A DNA stretch of 64,000 bases from Malacoraja senta. Taxonomy: Eukaryota. Location: positions 1,676,001 to 1,740,000 of the forward strand of contig CM075997.1 of NCBI GenBank assembly GCA_038087875.1, read 5' to 3'. Both the position numbers and the translations under genes were made by a program. Shown here one piece after another: positions 51,745-64,000 of the stretch. The notes under the pieces are model-generated. The model saw nothing but the letters and a program-made list of their open reading frames with translations, did no database searches and was not told the DNA's origin. Positions within the stretch are counted from its first letter, which is position 1; each line of letters begins with the position of its first letter.

Positions 51745-52275
51745 AATAGACAATAGACAATAGGTGCAGGAGTAGGCCATTCGGCCCCTCGAGCCAGCAC
51801 CGCCATTCAATGTGATCATGGCTGATCATCCCCAATCAGTACCCCGTTCCTGCCTTCTCCCCATATCCCCTGACTCCGCTATTTTTAAGAGCCCTATCTA
51901 GCTCTCTCTTGAAAGCATCCAGAGAACCGGCCTCCACCGCCCTCTGAGGCAGAGAATTCCACAGACTCACCACTCTCTGTGAGAAAAAGTGTTTCCTCGT
52001 CTCCATTCTAAATGGCTTACCCCTTATTCTTCAACTGTGGCCCCTGGTTCTGGACTCCCCCAACATCGGGAACATGTTTCCTCCCTCCAGCGTGTCCAAG
52101 CCCTTAACAATCTTATATGTTTCAATGAGATGTCCTCTCATCCTTCTAAACTCCAGAGTGTACAAGCCCAGCCGCTCCATTCTCTCAGCATACGACAGTC
52201 CCGCCATCCCGGGAATTAACCTTGTAAACCTACGCTGCACTCCCTCAATAGCAAGAATGTCCTTCCTCAAATTCC
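51745..52275 (-). mobile_element. CR1-clade LINE 3' fragment
   Basis: [47 protein letters not shown], with (tagacaa)n tail. Confidence 0.9.
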
Positions 52276-52624
52276 TCAAATGTTGTTATTGTACCTGCCA
52301 CAACCACTTTGTTCCATATACCCGCCTACTCTGTGTGCAAAAAGCTGCCTCTCGGGTCATTCCCCTTCCATCGTAAACCTATGTCCTCTGGTTCTTGATG
52401 CCGCTCCCAAGGGGTAAAAGACTCTGTTAATTCTTCATATCCATTCCCCTCATAATATAACACACCTCTGTCCAATCACCCCTCGGCCTCCTGCGCTCCA
52501 AGAATTAAAGTCCTAGCCTGCCCAACCCCTCCCTCTAACTAAGGCAGCTCATCGGGGTCAAAATACGGATCAGGGATTGAAAGTGGAATTGTTCCCGAAT
52601 ACCACAATACAATAGGGTGGCATG

Positions 52625-52895
52625 TTGGCGCAGCGGTAGAGTGGCTGCCTTACAGCGAATGCAGTGCCGGAGACCCGGGTTCGATCCCGACTGCGGGTGC
52701 TGTCTGTATGGAGTTTGTCCGTTCTCCCCGTGACCTGCGTGGGTTTTCTCCGAGATCCAAAGACGTCCAGGTTTGTAGGTTAATTGGCTTGGTATAAGTG
52801 TGAAAATTGTGGGTGTAGGATGGTGTTAATGTGCGGTGATCGCTAGTCGGCATGGGCCGAAGGGCCTGTTTCTGCGCTGTATCTCTTAACTAAAT
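52625..52895 (+). mobile_element. tRNA-derived SINE (HE1/V-SINE-like)
   Basis: A-box tggcgcagcgg, B-box gggttcgatcc, tail gggccgaagggcctgtttctgcgctgtatctc. Confidence 0.85.
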
Positions 52896-52896
52896 T

Positions 52897-53152
52897 AAAC
52901 AGCACCTCATATTTCGCTTGGGCAGCTTACACCCCAGCGGTATGAACATTGGCTTCTCTAACTTCAAGTTCCCTCTCTCTCCATCCCCTCCCCCTTCCCA
53001 GTTCTCCCACTGCCTCCGACTCCCTTTTATCTCTGTACCACCCACTCCCCTGACATCAGTCTGAAGAAGGGTCTCGACCCGAAACGTCACCCATTCCTTC
53101 AACCCCAGAGATGCCGCCTGTCCCGCTGAGTTACTCCAGCATTTTGTGTCCA
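52897..53152 (+). mobile_element. Penelope-like element 3' fragment
   Basis: QHLIFRLGSLHPSGMNIGFSNF (end of GIY-YIG ORF), then a pyrimidine tract, the hammerhead-like motif and the common terminal unit. Confidence 0.85.
53057..53092 (+). ncRNA. Minimal hammerhead-ribozyme-like motif (representative of roughly two dozen variably degraded copies)
   Basis: CTGAAGA (53061-53067), A, GGGTC-TC-GACCC stem II, GAAA (53081-53084), palindromic ACGT, GTC triplet. Stem I pairing is only about 2 bp, so activity is unproven. Confidence 0.6.
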
Positions 53153-54284
53153 TCCAGTGGACGCAAGTCTGTTGCACTTGGCATCACTCTCAGCTGATCT
53201 AATAAAGCCCAGCAAATATAATTCTCTGTGATTTCCTCTCCAAAGAAGCCAGTTCTTATTCATATTTAATCTCGGGCACGAATCCAGGCAAAGCTGAATC
53301 AGAACTGAGTTGCAGGAATCGCTGCAATTTCCTGTTTTTGCAAAATAGGATCTATATTAAAAAGGGTTTATATTCAATTCAAGGCATTGGAATTAAAACC
53401 CCCCAACTGTGCTGTCTGTGTTACTGTGTCCTGTTAGTTTTCTATCTCCTACAAAGTTTGCCATTTGCAATACAATTGGGCTAATATTTGGATTGATATC
53501 AAAGGAAACCAATTGTTTTCTGATGAGCTCAGATCGATATAGACTTCGAGTGGTAGAAGCTCTCGAAATCCTGCTGTCAGAACTGTTTGAAGGCATTAGC
53601 GTGAGATGACACAGGTCCTTTGCATTTGAAAAGATTTTTTTTTTCCCAGAAATCTCTGGTTTAACTTGGGACCTTGTTCAAAGGGAAGGTTGGTCTGTTT
53701 GGAGTTATCAGTGGAGGATGTCAAAGGCACTCTAACGGTTCATTTAGGATCTTGACTCCATAACGAATGAAGCAGATAGGTTTGTTTTAGTTTACTTTAA
53801 AGATACAGCGTGGAAACAGGCCCTTCGGCCCAGCGGGTCCGTGCCGACCAGCGATCCCTGTACACTAACACTATCCCACAGACAAGGGGCCAATTAACCA
53901 ACAAACCGAAGGACCTGTTTCCGACCTGTTTCCGCGCAGTATCCCTAAACGAGACTAAAATACATTTCTCCAGATCTCCGTTTGAATTAACGACTAATTT
54001 AGACTTAAGCTCTGGGATTGTCTAAACACCTGCCGATACTTTATCTCAGATCCCTCGTTTTTAATTGGGATTTGCCGGTTTAATTAGAAAAGGTTGGAAC
54101 TTCTCGAATTTCTGTAGCGAATTCCCCGGAGATGACGTTTAACCAACAATCCGGACTCTCCCTCCTAGCGAGGGGCTGAAGGTTTACGCGGCAATGTCGT
54201 TGAGGCGACGAAGGACATCAGACGATCGGAATGAAGGGGACCGCTGCAACGGGCCGTTGTGGCCAGCTACAGCTGGGACTGTAA

Positions 54285-54518
54285 AGCCCCTGTCCCACTT
54301 TCACCACCTAATTCACGACCTCTGCCGAGTTTGCCCTTGACTCAGACTCGCAGCATGGTCGTCACGAGGTCGTAGGTAGGACGTAGCAGGCCGTGATGCT
54401 AGTCGTAGGTACTCGTGGCACAAGTAGGTCGGGGCCGTTTTTCTAGCCTGATGAAAAATGTCCACGAGTAAAAAAGGTGGTGAATTCCTCAATTAGGTCG
54501 TGAAAGTGGGCCAGGCCT
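54285..54518. mobile_element. PIF/Harbinger-like MITE, subfamily C
   Basis: cctgtcccactttcac ... gtgaaagtgggccagg termini flanked by TAA/TTA. An internal piece also occurs reverse-complemented at about 28015-28100. Confidence 0.7.
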
Positions 54519-54529
54519 TTACATAGCAC

Positions 54530-56020
54530 CACTGGATGGATTTAAGAGAGAGTTAGATAGAGCTCTAGGGGCTAGTGGAATCAAGGGATATGGGGAGGAA
54601 GGCAGGCACGGGTTATTGATTGGGGACGATCAGCCTGATCACAATGAATGGTGGTGCTGGCTCGAAGGGCCGAATGGCCTCCTCTGCGCCTATTTTCTAT
54701 GTTTCTATCTATTTTCTATGTAACATATGGACTCAGTGGGCTGTGTAAGAAATAACTGCAGATGCTGGTTAAATTGAAGGTAGACACAAATGTGGAGTAA
54801 CTCAGCGGGTGAGGCAGCATCTCTGGAGAGAAGGAATGGGTGGAGTTTCGGGTCTGGACCCTTCTTCAGACTCAGTGGGCTGTTCTGAACATACTGTAGT
54901 TCAGTTTAGTTTATTGTCACGTGTACTGAGGTACAGTGAAAAGCTTTTGTTGCGTGCTAACCAGTCAGCGGAAAGACAATACACGATTACAATCGATCCT
55001 TTTACAGACTATAGATACATGAGAAGGGACTGGCGTTTAGTGCAAGGTAAAACCAGCAAAGTCTGATCAAGGATAGTCCGAGGGTCACCAAAGAGGTAGA
55101 TAGTAGTTCAGCACGGCACTGACCAGGGTGGTTGTGCTTGTATTTCAGGATAGTCTTGCAGAGTTATATGGAAAAATGTATTTCTATGCCCATAGAAACA
55201 TAGAAAATAGGTGCAGGAGGAGGCCATTCGGCCCTTCGAGCCAGCACCGCCATTCATTGTGATCATGGCTGATCGTCCCCTATCAATAACCCGTGCCTGC
55301 CTTCTCCCCACATCCTTTGACTCCACTAGCCCCTAGAGCTCTATCTAACTCTCTCTTAAATCCATCCAGTGATTTGGCCTCCACTGCCCTCTGTGGCAGG
55401 GAATTCCATAAATTCCACAACTCTCTGGGTGAACGTTTTTTCTCACCTCAGTCCTTAAATGACCTCCCCTTTATTCTAAGACTGTGACCCCCGGTTCTGG
55501 ACTCACCCAACATTGGGAACATTTTTCCTGCATCTAGCTTGTCCAATCCTTTTATAATTTTATATGTTCTATGGTAGACGTGATGATAAAGAAACCAAGG
55601 AACCATATTAAATATTTCAAAAAGGTTCATCTTCTTAGAGTCCGACGTAGATGTAGAATTAGTGCAGGAATTTGAGTGGGTATCTTGAGTACGGACGTCA
55701 TGCTGCAGATATATAAGATGTTGGCGAGGTCACATTTAGAGTATTGTGTTCAGTTTTGGACCATGTTATAGGAAAGATATTGTCAAGCTGGGAAGGGTGC
55801 TGAAAAGATTTACAAGGATGTTGCCAGGACTCGAGGGTCTGAGCTATAGGGAGAGGTTGAGCAGGCTGGGACTCCAGGAGGATGAGGAGTGGTCTTCTAG
55901 AGGTGTATAAAATCACGAGGGGAATAGATCAGGTAGACGCACAGAGTCTCTTGCTCAGAGTAGGGGAATCGAGAACCAGAGGGCCTAGGTTTAAAGTGAA
56001 GGGGGAAAGATTTTATAGGA
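54530..56020. mobile_element. Cluster of CR1, Penelope-like and Rex-like fragments
   Basis: CR1 plus 54530-54722 with (tttctatg)n tail, Penelope unit minus about 54745-54872, Rex-like tail about 54900-55112, CR1 minus about 55190-55570, CR1 plus about 55700-56020. Confidence 0.75.
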
Positions 56021-56340
56021 GGGTAAGTTTTTCACTGTTTGTGTGGAGTCTATATGGGAGTTTGTATGTTTTCTCCGTGACCACTTAGGTGTCCTCTGGG
56101 TGCAGGTTAATTGGCTTCTGTAAGTTGTCCCTAGTGTGTAGGATAGGAATATGTGCAGACTCATGGGCCAAAAGGCCTGTTTCCTGCCGTATCGCTAAAC
56201 TAGACATCTATTTCTGGACATGCAGGGAATGGATGGATTGGGATCAGCTGCCAGGCAAAGGAGATTATTCTATCTTGGCATGTTCGGCACAGTCACAGTG
56301 GGCCGAAGGGCCTGTTCCTGAGATGTAATCCTCTATTTAC

Positions 56341-56420
56341 TCTCTGTCTGTCTGTCTGTCTGTGTGTCTGTGTGTCTGTGTGTCTGTCTGTCTCTGTCTG
56401 TCTCTCTGTCTGTCTGTCTC

Positions 56421-56463
<43 letters not shown>

Positions 56464-56568
56464 GTCTGTCTGTCTCTCTGTCTGTCTGTCTCTCTGTCTG
56501 TCTGTCTCTCTGTCTGTCTGTCTCTCTGTCTCTCTGTCTGTCTCTCTGTCTGTCTCTCTGTCTGTCTC

Positions 56569-56599
<31 letters not shown>

Positions 56600-56628
56600 G
56601 TCTGTCTGTCTCTCTGTCTGTCTGTCTC

Positions 56629-56695
<67 letters not shown>

Positions 56696-56912
56696 GTCTG
56701 TCTCTCTGTCTGTCTCTCTGTCTGTCTGTCTCTCTGTCTCTCTTTCTGTCTGTCTGTGTCTCTGTCTGTCTCTTTGTCTGTCTCTCTGTCTGTCTCTCTG
56801 TCTCTCTCTCTGTCTGTCTGTGTCTCTTTCTGTCTGTCTGTCTGTCTCTTTCTGTCTCTGTGTGTGTGTGTGTGTGTGTGTGAGTGTCTCTGTGCCTCTG
56901 TATCTCTCTCTC
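56341..56912. repeat. Compound (TCTG)n/(TC)n/(TG)n microsatellite, about 570 bp
   Basis: Seen directly in the sequence. Confidence 0.97.
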
Positions 56913-58262
56913 TGTCGCATTCGAGACACACAGCACAGAAACGGCCATTCGGCCCAACTTGTCCATGCTGACCAAGATGCCCATCTCAGCTTGCAATTGG
57001 CTTGTGTCTCTCTAAACCTTCCCTGTCCATGTTCCTGTCCAAATGTCTTTTAAATGTTGTTATGGTTCTCAGCAGTATTTCATCTCATGGTAATTCCATA
57101 GCTAAATTGGTTGTTTAAAGCTGACCAGGCAATTGTTCGTTTGGATGGATTGTTAAGCAATCAATATTGCTTGCAGTTATGGATAGCTTTTCATAATAAA
57201 CAAGATAGCATTTTTATAACAAGTGTCAGGTTTAACGGTTGCGTTAGTGCAAATACATCGCATAACACTTAGAGTGGCATCATATTATGCAATGTGTTAG
57301 TCCTATTTGTTATAAAAAGCATTGCGTTTAGAATTGAATGGACAATGGCTCTTCTGTATAGCCTAGTCTCATGAAACGAAAAGCATCATATTTATGTGGG
57401 AAAGAACTGCAGATGCTGGATAAAATCGAAGGTAGGAACGCAAAATGCTGGAGTAACTCAGCGGGTGAGGCAGCATCTCTGGAGAGAAGGAATGGGTGAC
57501 GTTTCGGGTCGAGACCCTTCTTCAGACTGAAGGAGGTAGTTGAGGCCTGGGACTATCCCAACGTTAAGAAACAGTTAGGCAGATACATGGATAGGACAGG
57601 TTTGGAGGGTTATGGACCAAGCGCGGGCAGGTGGGACTAGTGGCTGTTCTGTACATACTGTAGTTCAGTTTAGTTTATTGAGTCTGAAGGGTCTCGACCC
57701 ATCTGTGTGTGTGTGTCCTTTTGTGTATTAACCAGGGTCTGCAGTTCTTTCTGAAGGTCTGAAGGTCTGAAGAAGGGTCTCGGTCCGAAACGTCAGCCAT
57801 TCCATCTAGTTTAGAGATACAGTGTAGTTTAGGGAACAGGCCCTTCAGCCCACCAAGGTCCGTGCCGACCAACGATCACCCCCGTATACTAGTTCTCTCC
57901 AACACCCACTGGGGACAATTGACTATTTACAGAAGCCTATTAGCCTACAAACCTGCACGTCTTTTCAATGTGGGAGTAAACCAGAGAGAATGCTTGTTTC
58001 AGCAAGGGAGGGGGTGTCAGGGGGTATGGGGGGAAGGCAGGAGAATGGGGATGAGAGGGAAAGATAGATCAGCCGTGATTGAATGGCGGAGTAGACTTGA
58101 TGGGCCGAATGGCCTAATTCTGCTCCTGGGGGGAACTTATGAACTGGCATTAGCTCTCAAGATCTTGCTTTATTATGCATCGTGCATCACAGATGGAGAG
58201 GGAGGGAGGGAGGGAAGGAGAGAGACTTGGACAGGGAGATGGAGGAACAATGAGAGAGGCAT

Positions 58263-59568
<1,306 letters not shown>

Positions 59569-60284
59569 GCATCTGGAGGTTGGATGAAATAACTCTGTTG
59601 CGTTCTCTGTGGCTCTGTATTATGGATGCCAGTTTAGCTGAGGGCTCTGGGAGCCGGGCCTGTGGTTTGAATGCTGCGTGATTGACAACTACAAGCAGCT
59701 GATGTCAAAGGGGCCCCCCCTGGGCCCTCGGGTCAGGCTTGGGGCCTGGTCCCCACACACCCACCCCGAGCTGCCTGGCGACACCTCGCCTGGCCCCTTG
59801 TCACCCTGTGCCTGACTCCTCGCCACAGACGATGCCTCCTCCTCCCCTCCCAGGCCCTCATTTGCATCTCCTTGTATTCAACTGAGAACAAAATGAGCAT
59901 AATTATCCGCGCGTTGCCTTTAGATTAGGATTTAAAGGTCAAGTGACAGGGTTTAGAATTTTGCATAATTGTGAATTATGATGACAATAATTCTGCCTTT
60001 TTAAAATGATTAATGTAATGTCATGAGCTGGTTCTTAGTGCTTCAGCTGAAGTAGATAATGTTCAAAAAATTCTCCAATTAAATCATCGAAGAACAGTTT
60101 GTTCCTTGAGTTTGTCCTCCTGTCAACCACAAATAATTCCTTTATTCTTCTTCATTCTCTCCCCTGTTGCTACAACTTCTGTGACCCAAGCCTGCCCCCA
60201 CAAATCTTTCCACACTCCATGACTCTACGCGTGGGCAAGTTGGGCCGAAGGGCCTGATTCCACACACTGTAGGAATCCGTCGCA

Positions 60285-60776
60285 GTCGCTGCCTCAAAAA
60301 AAGTTGCCAGCATCATCAAGGACCCACACCATCCTGGTCACTCACTCATCTCCCCGCTGCCTTCAGGTAGAAGGTACAGGAGCCTGAAATCTGCAACGTC
60401 CAGGTTCAGGAATAGCTGCTTCCCCACAGCCATCAGGCTATTAGTCTGAAGAAGGGTTTTGGCCCGAAACGTTGCCTATTTCCTTCGCTCCATAGAATGT
60501 TCTCAGCAATTTTGTCTTCTTTCGATTTTCCAGCATCTGCAGTTCCTTCTTGAACATCAGGCTATTAAACTCAACTGAAAAAACTCTGAGCATTAATAGC
60601 CTATTGCACTTTATCTGTTTATTTATGTGTGTGTATACATATATTCAATGGTATATGGACAGACTGATCTGTTCTGTAGTCAATGCCTACTATGTTCTGT
60701 TGTGCTGAAGCAAAGCAAGAATTTCATTGTCCTATCAGGGACACATGACAATAACTCACTTGAATCTTGAATCTTG
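60285..60776 (+). mobile_element. Rex1/Babar-like LINE 3' end interrupted by a Penelope-like unit (60444-60554)
   Basis: CLKKVASIIKDPHHPGHSLISPLPSGRRYRSLKSATSRFRNSCFPTAIRLL. CATCAGGCTATTA is duplicated at 60431-60443 and 60555-60567 around the insert. Confidence 0.85.
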
Positions 60777-60988
60777 TTGTATGACTCTATGTGTGGGCAA
60801 GTTCAGGACCGCTCTCTGGTTGTGGTAGGATGGTTCAGTTGCCTGATAACAGCTGGAAAGAAACTGTCCCTGAATCTGGAGGTGTGTGCGTTTTCATATA
60901 TCTTTTGCCCGATGGGACAGGGGAGAAGAGGGAGAGGCCAGGGTGACACTTTGCGGAGAGTTGTCCATTATTGGGACCCACAGCCTAA

Positions 60989-61429
60989 ACGGCCTGTCCC
61001 ACTTTCGCGACTTAATTCAAAACCTCTGCCGAGTTTAAAGGACCTATAAAGTCAAGATCGTGGTGACCTACGAACTCTTACGACCTTCCACGACTATGTT
61101 CATGAACTCCTACGAGTATGTCTACGAATTCCCACCACTATTTCGATGCCCTCCTTACGAGTAAAAAGTTGCAATTTCTTTCATCCCGACCATTTTTTTA
61201 AACTCGTGGACATTTTTTATCGGGCTGGAAAAAATGTCCCGACTTACCTGATGCCCCGAGTACCTACGGCTGGCGTAACGAGCCGCTACGCTATATCTAC
61301 GGACTCCTACGGGCACCTACGGACTCGTTACGAACATTCTGCGAGTTTGAATCAAGGGGAAAACTCGGGAGAATTTGTGAATAACTTGGGAATAACTTGG
61401 GAATAACTTGGGAAAGTGGGACAGGCCCT
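60989..61429. mobile_element. PIF/Harbinger-like MITE, subfamily D
   Basis: ggcctgtcccactttc ... gaaagtgggacaggcc TIRs, TAA on the left, internal (aataacttggg)x3. Confidence 0.75.
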
Positions 61430-61559
61430 TGTCTTGTACACATTGAGTAAGCAGACTTCCTGACTGGGATGCGGGGAAAGAATCAGACACAGGATTAATA
61501 AAGTTGCGGATACCGTGAAAATTAGTGTGGAATTGTGGACAGCAAAGGAGGTTTTAGCT

Positions 61560-61835
61560 CAGTTCAGAGATGCAGTGTGGAAACTGGCCCTTCAAGTCAT
61601 AACAGCTGCCCACCAAGTCCCACCAAGTCCATGCCCACCAATGATCCCTGCATACTAACACTATCCTACACCCACCAGGGACAATTTACAATTTTACCAA
61701 GCCAATTAACCTACGAACCTGCACGTCTTTGGAGTGTGGGAGGAAACCGAAGCACCCGGAGAAAACCCACGCAGGTCACAGGGAGAACGTACAAACTCCG
61801 TACAGACAGCACCCGTAGTCAGGATCGAACCCAGG
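61560..61835 (-). mobile_element. tRNA-derived SINE (HE1/V-SINE-like)
   Basis: Reverse complement of the SINE body, B-box seen as ggatcgaaccc. Confidence 0.8.
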
Positions 61836-62625
61836 TCGTCGAAGCATACAGCAGGATGTAGATCAGATGGATATTTAGGGAGTGATAATGGATATTAGGC
61901 TGAGAAATGGCTGTTGGATTTTAACCTGAACAAGTGTGAGGTGTTGCATTTAGTTTCGTTTAGAGATACAGCAAGGAAGCAGGTCCTTCGGCCCACCGAG
62001 TCCACGCCAACCTTCAATCACCCGTTCATACTAGTTCTACGTTATCCCATTTTCTCATCCACTCCCTATCTACAGAGGCTAATTAACCTACAAACCCTTT
62101 AATATAGCAGACTGAAGAAGGGTCTCAACCCGAGATGTCTCCAGAGAGGCTGCCTGTCCCGCTGAGTTACTCCAGCATTTTGTGTCTATCTTCGATGTGA
62201 ACTAGCATCTGCAGTTCCTTTCCACCCTTACACATAGTGTTCCATCTTGGGAGATAGACAATAGGTGCAGGAGTAGGCCATTCGGCCCTTCAAGCCAGCA
62301 CCGCCATTCAATGTGACCATGGCTGATCATCCCCAATCAGTACCCCGTTCCTGCCTTCTCCCCATATCCCCTGACTCCGCTATCTTTAAGAGCCCTATCT
62401 AACTCTCTCTTGAAAGTATCCAGAGAACCGGCCTCCACCGCCCTCTGAGGCTTGGGAGATCAAATGCAAGGGGAAACTGGTGGCAGGATTCTTGGGAGCA
62501 TTGTCGTACAGAGGCAACTTGAGGTTCGTTCATATCCCTGTAAAAATGGCAACATGTTAATAGAGTGGTAAAGAGAGCTTGTCTTCATCGGTCGGGCCAT
62601 TGAGTATAAAAGTTGGGAACTTGTG

Positions 62626-63300
62626 CGCCCCGGTCTGGTGCCGTAGCCCTCACACCAAGAAGCTGGATGCTGCCCTCAACAGCGCCCTGCGGACTGTCTC
62701 CGGATGCCTACGGGCCACCCCAGTAAACCAACTGCCCGTCCTCGCTGCCATCGCCCCAGCCAACATCAGACGAGAAGCAGCCACGCTGGCCCTCTCTCGA
62801 AAGGCACAGACCAGTGAATCCCACCTCCTCCACCAGATCGTCACGGAGACACCACGACGAGCGCGCCTCAAGTCACGGCACCCCTTTGCCACGCAGGCCC
62901 AAGAGCTGCTCTGCACAACACCGGCTGATGCTTCTAAGGCCGCCTGGGTCAAGACGAGATGGAGAGACCAGTGGAAGTCAGCGGAACCATCTAGGCTACA
63001 CCATTACATCGATGACCCCATGGACGTCCCTGGCCAGGACCTGCTCCGAAGGCAGTGGACAACCCTCAACCGCTTGAGGACGCTATGGAGTAGCGATGAA
63101 GAGGTGGGGGCCTCGTGGACAGCGAGTGCCTCCTGCAAGTGTGGGGACCCAACACAGACAGTGGAGCACATAGTCACCAGTTGCCCCAAACACCGGCCAC
63201 CGAATGGTGAACGAGGTCTGATTGACCTAGACAATGACACGTTGGCCTGGCTCGCCTCAACGGACCTGCAGGTCTAAAAGACACACGACAGAAGAAGAAG
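62626..63300 (+). mobile_element. Vingi/Ingi-like (I-group) non-LTR retrotransposon, 5'-truncated, inserted in a CR1
   Basis: CAPVWCRSPHTKKLDAALNSALRTVSGCLRATP...RLKSRHPF...WTTLNRLRT...CKCGDPTQTVEHIVTSCP (CCHC knuckle). Stop at 63275-63277, very short 3' UTR ending (GAA)n. AACTTGTG duplicated at 62618-62625 and 63301-63308. Confidence 0.8.
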
Positions 63301-63609
63301 AACTTGTGTGGCTGCTGTCTAAAACTCTGGTTCGGCAACACTTGGAGTATTGTGTGCAGTTCTGGTCTCCACTCCAGGGAAGATGTGTGGGCTTCGGAAG
63401 GGATACAGAAGAGTTTCACCAGATGCTGCCTGGATTAGAGAATATTATCTGCAAGGATAGGTTGTACAAACTTGGATTGTTTCTCTGGAGCGTTGGAAAC
63501 TGAAGGGCAACTTGATTGAAGCGTATAAAACTGTGTGAGGCAAAGATCAGGTGGACCTTCAGTCTTTCCCTTCCCCAAGGGTGGAAATGTCAAATTCTAG
63601 AGGTGTAAG

Positions 63610-63922
63610 GTTTAGTTTAGTTTAGATATACAGCGTGGAAATAGGCCCTTCGGCCCACCGGGTCCGCGCCGACCTGCTATCCCCGCACGTTAACACTATC
63701 CTACACACACTAGGGACAATTTATAATTTTTAACCAAGCCAATTGACCTACAAACCTGTACGTCTTTGGAGTGTGGGAGGAAACCGGAGATCTGGGAGAA
63801 AACCCACGCGGGTCATGGGGAGAATGTGCAAACTCCACACAGCCAGCACCCGTAGTCTGGATCGAACCTGGGTCTCCAGCACTGTGAGGCAGCAACTCTA
63901 CCGCTGCACCATCATGCCGCCC
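63610..63922 (-). mobile_element. Near full-length tRNA-derived SINE (HE1/V-SINE-like)
   Basis: Minus strand: A-box tggtgcagcgg, B-box ggttcgatcc, body and (aaact)n tail. Confidence 0.85.
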
Positions 63923-64000
63923 TGTTTAAAACAGGGGAAAGGATTCGGGGACCTCTGCATCCTTCATTAAGTCTGGCCACAGTGTCACCAATCCACAAGC

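Noticed and set aside
56293..57053. ORFs of 173-229 aa rich in RQTD or CLSV
   Set aside because: They are translations of the TCTG/TC microsatellite.

Overview
Vertebrate genomic DNA, most likely a cartilaginous fish (skate or ray), inferred from HE1-like tRNA SINEs, HER1/CR1-like LINEs and a SacSINE1-like DeuSINE. The only host gene I can support is the 3' end of ARHGAP35 (p190A RhoGAP) on the + strand: three coding exons (2604-2735, 4633-4738, 6319-6613) with canonical splice sites in one continuous frame. A repeat-poor stretch of about 9 kb follows and may be a very long 3' UTR. The protein stops right after [10 protein letters not shown], while a decayed in-frame relic of the usual C-terminal tail survives behind the stop. 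From about 16.5 kb onward the window is intergenic and dominated by transposon fragments: CR1, Rex/Babar-like, L1, Vingi-like, Penelope-like elements with hammerhead-ribozyme-like motifs, tRNA SINEs and Harbinger-like MITEs. There are also two long microsatellites. Positions 16484-31577 recur near-identically at 31779-46172 across a 200-N gap, which is most likely a false (haplotype) duplication in the assembly. I found no novel protein-coding system. The best leads are RNA-level (hammerhead-like cassettes, fold-back Penelope insertions in the putative 3' UTR) and the truncated p190A tail. Family assignments come from recalled motifs, not database searches.
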